Origin: Rhodosorus marinus CCMP1338
Lineage: Eukaryota > Plantae > Rhodophyta
Length of the DNA: 64,000 bases
Reading direction: 5' to 3'
NCBI GenBank assembly: GCA_029953675.1
Contig: JAMWBK010000006.1
Span: forward strand, 1,860,001-1,924,000
In this document: piece by piece, positions 63,815 to 64,000 of the stretch
Position numbering within the stretch: the first letter of the stretch is position 1
How the letters are laid out: the number at the start of each line of letters is the position of its first letter
Notes under the pieces: model-generated
Databases searched by the model: none
The model's input: the letters and a program-made list of their open reading frames with translations, nothing else
Told to the model about the DNA's origin: nothing
Position numbers and translations under genes: made by a program

Positions 63815-64000
63815 CTCGCTTGGAGTTTCTCGTGTGGATGTGAGTTTCTGACAGCTTCGCTGTAACACGTCGGTCCGAAACGAAACCTTTCAACATGTAT
63901 TCTAAGGTGAGAACTAGTTTGAGATTCTGTTGGCACTTTGCATCCAAATTGTGTACTGGTGAAAATGCTTGCAGTGCAATTTTTTCCGGAAGGAGTGGAT

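Overview
Gene-dense eukaryotic nuclear DNA with short GT-AG introns (mostly about 60-110 nt, often with a CTRAC-like branch point). Plastid-type transit peptides (MAFV/MYGFV-like starts), a CHIC-type Cys-rich finger and a non-metazoan Hog protein suggest a red alga; this is inference, not a taxonomic proof. About 19 genes can be assigned to a family by motif: pyridoxal kinase, TPR protein, AspH-like dioxygenase, secreted Hint/Hog protein, SARNP/THO1, SEN1/senataxin helicase, CPBP protease, 4CXXC-type Zn finger, NNF1/PMF1, bZIP, WDR26, four-TM MARVEL-like protein, isopropylmalate synthase, cupin, F-box/propeller, cyclophilin-40, plastid RRF, PMT-like glycosyltransferase, Rab1 and an ESRP/Fusilli-like protein. 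Several orphan multi-exon genes lie mainly at 25.7-35.7 kb. AT-rich intergenic stretches are homopolymer-rich and probably error-prone. I found no convincing rRNA, tRNA, snRNA, CRISPR array or intact transposon. All exon models were built by hand and no database searches were run. Most notable: a secreted 12-Cys domain fused to a Hedgehog-type autoprocessing Hog domain; an ESRP-like exonuclease-fold+qRRM protein outside animals; a MIR-less PMT homolog with altered conserved residues; four DPR motifs in the SEN1 tail; and a roughly 105-nt long hairpin.
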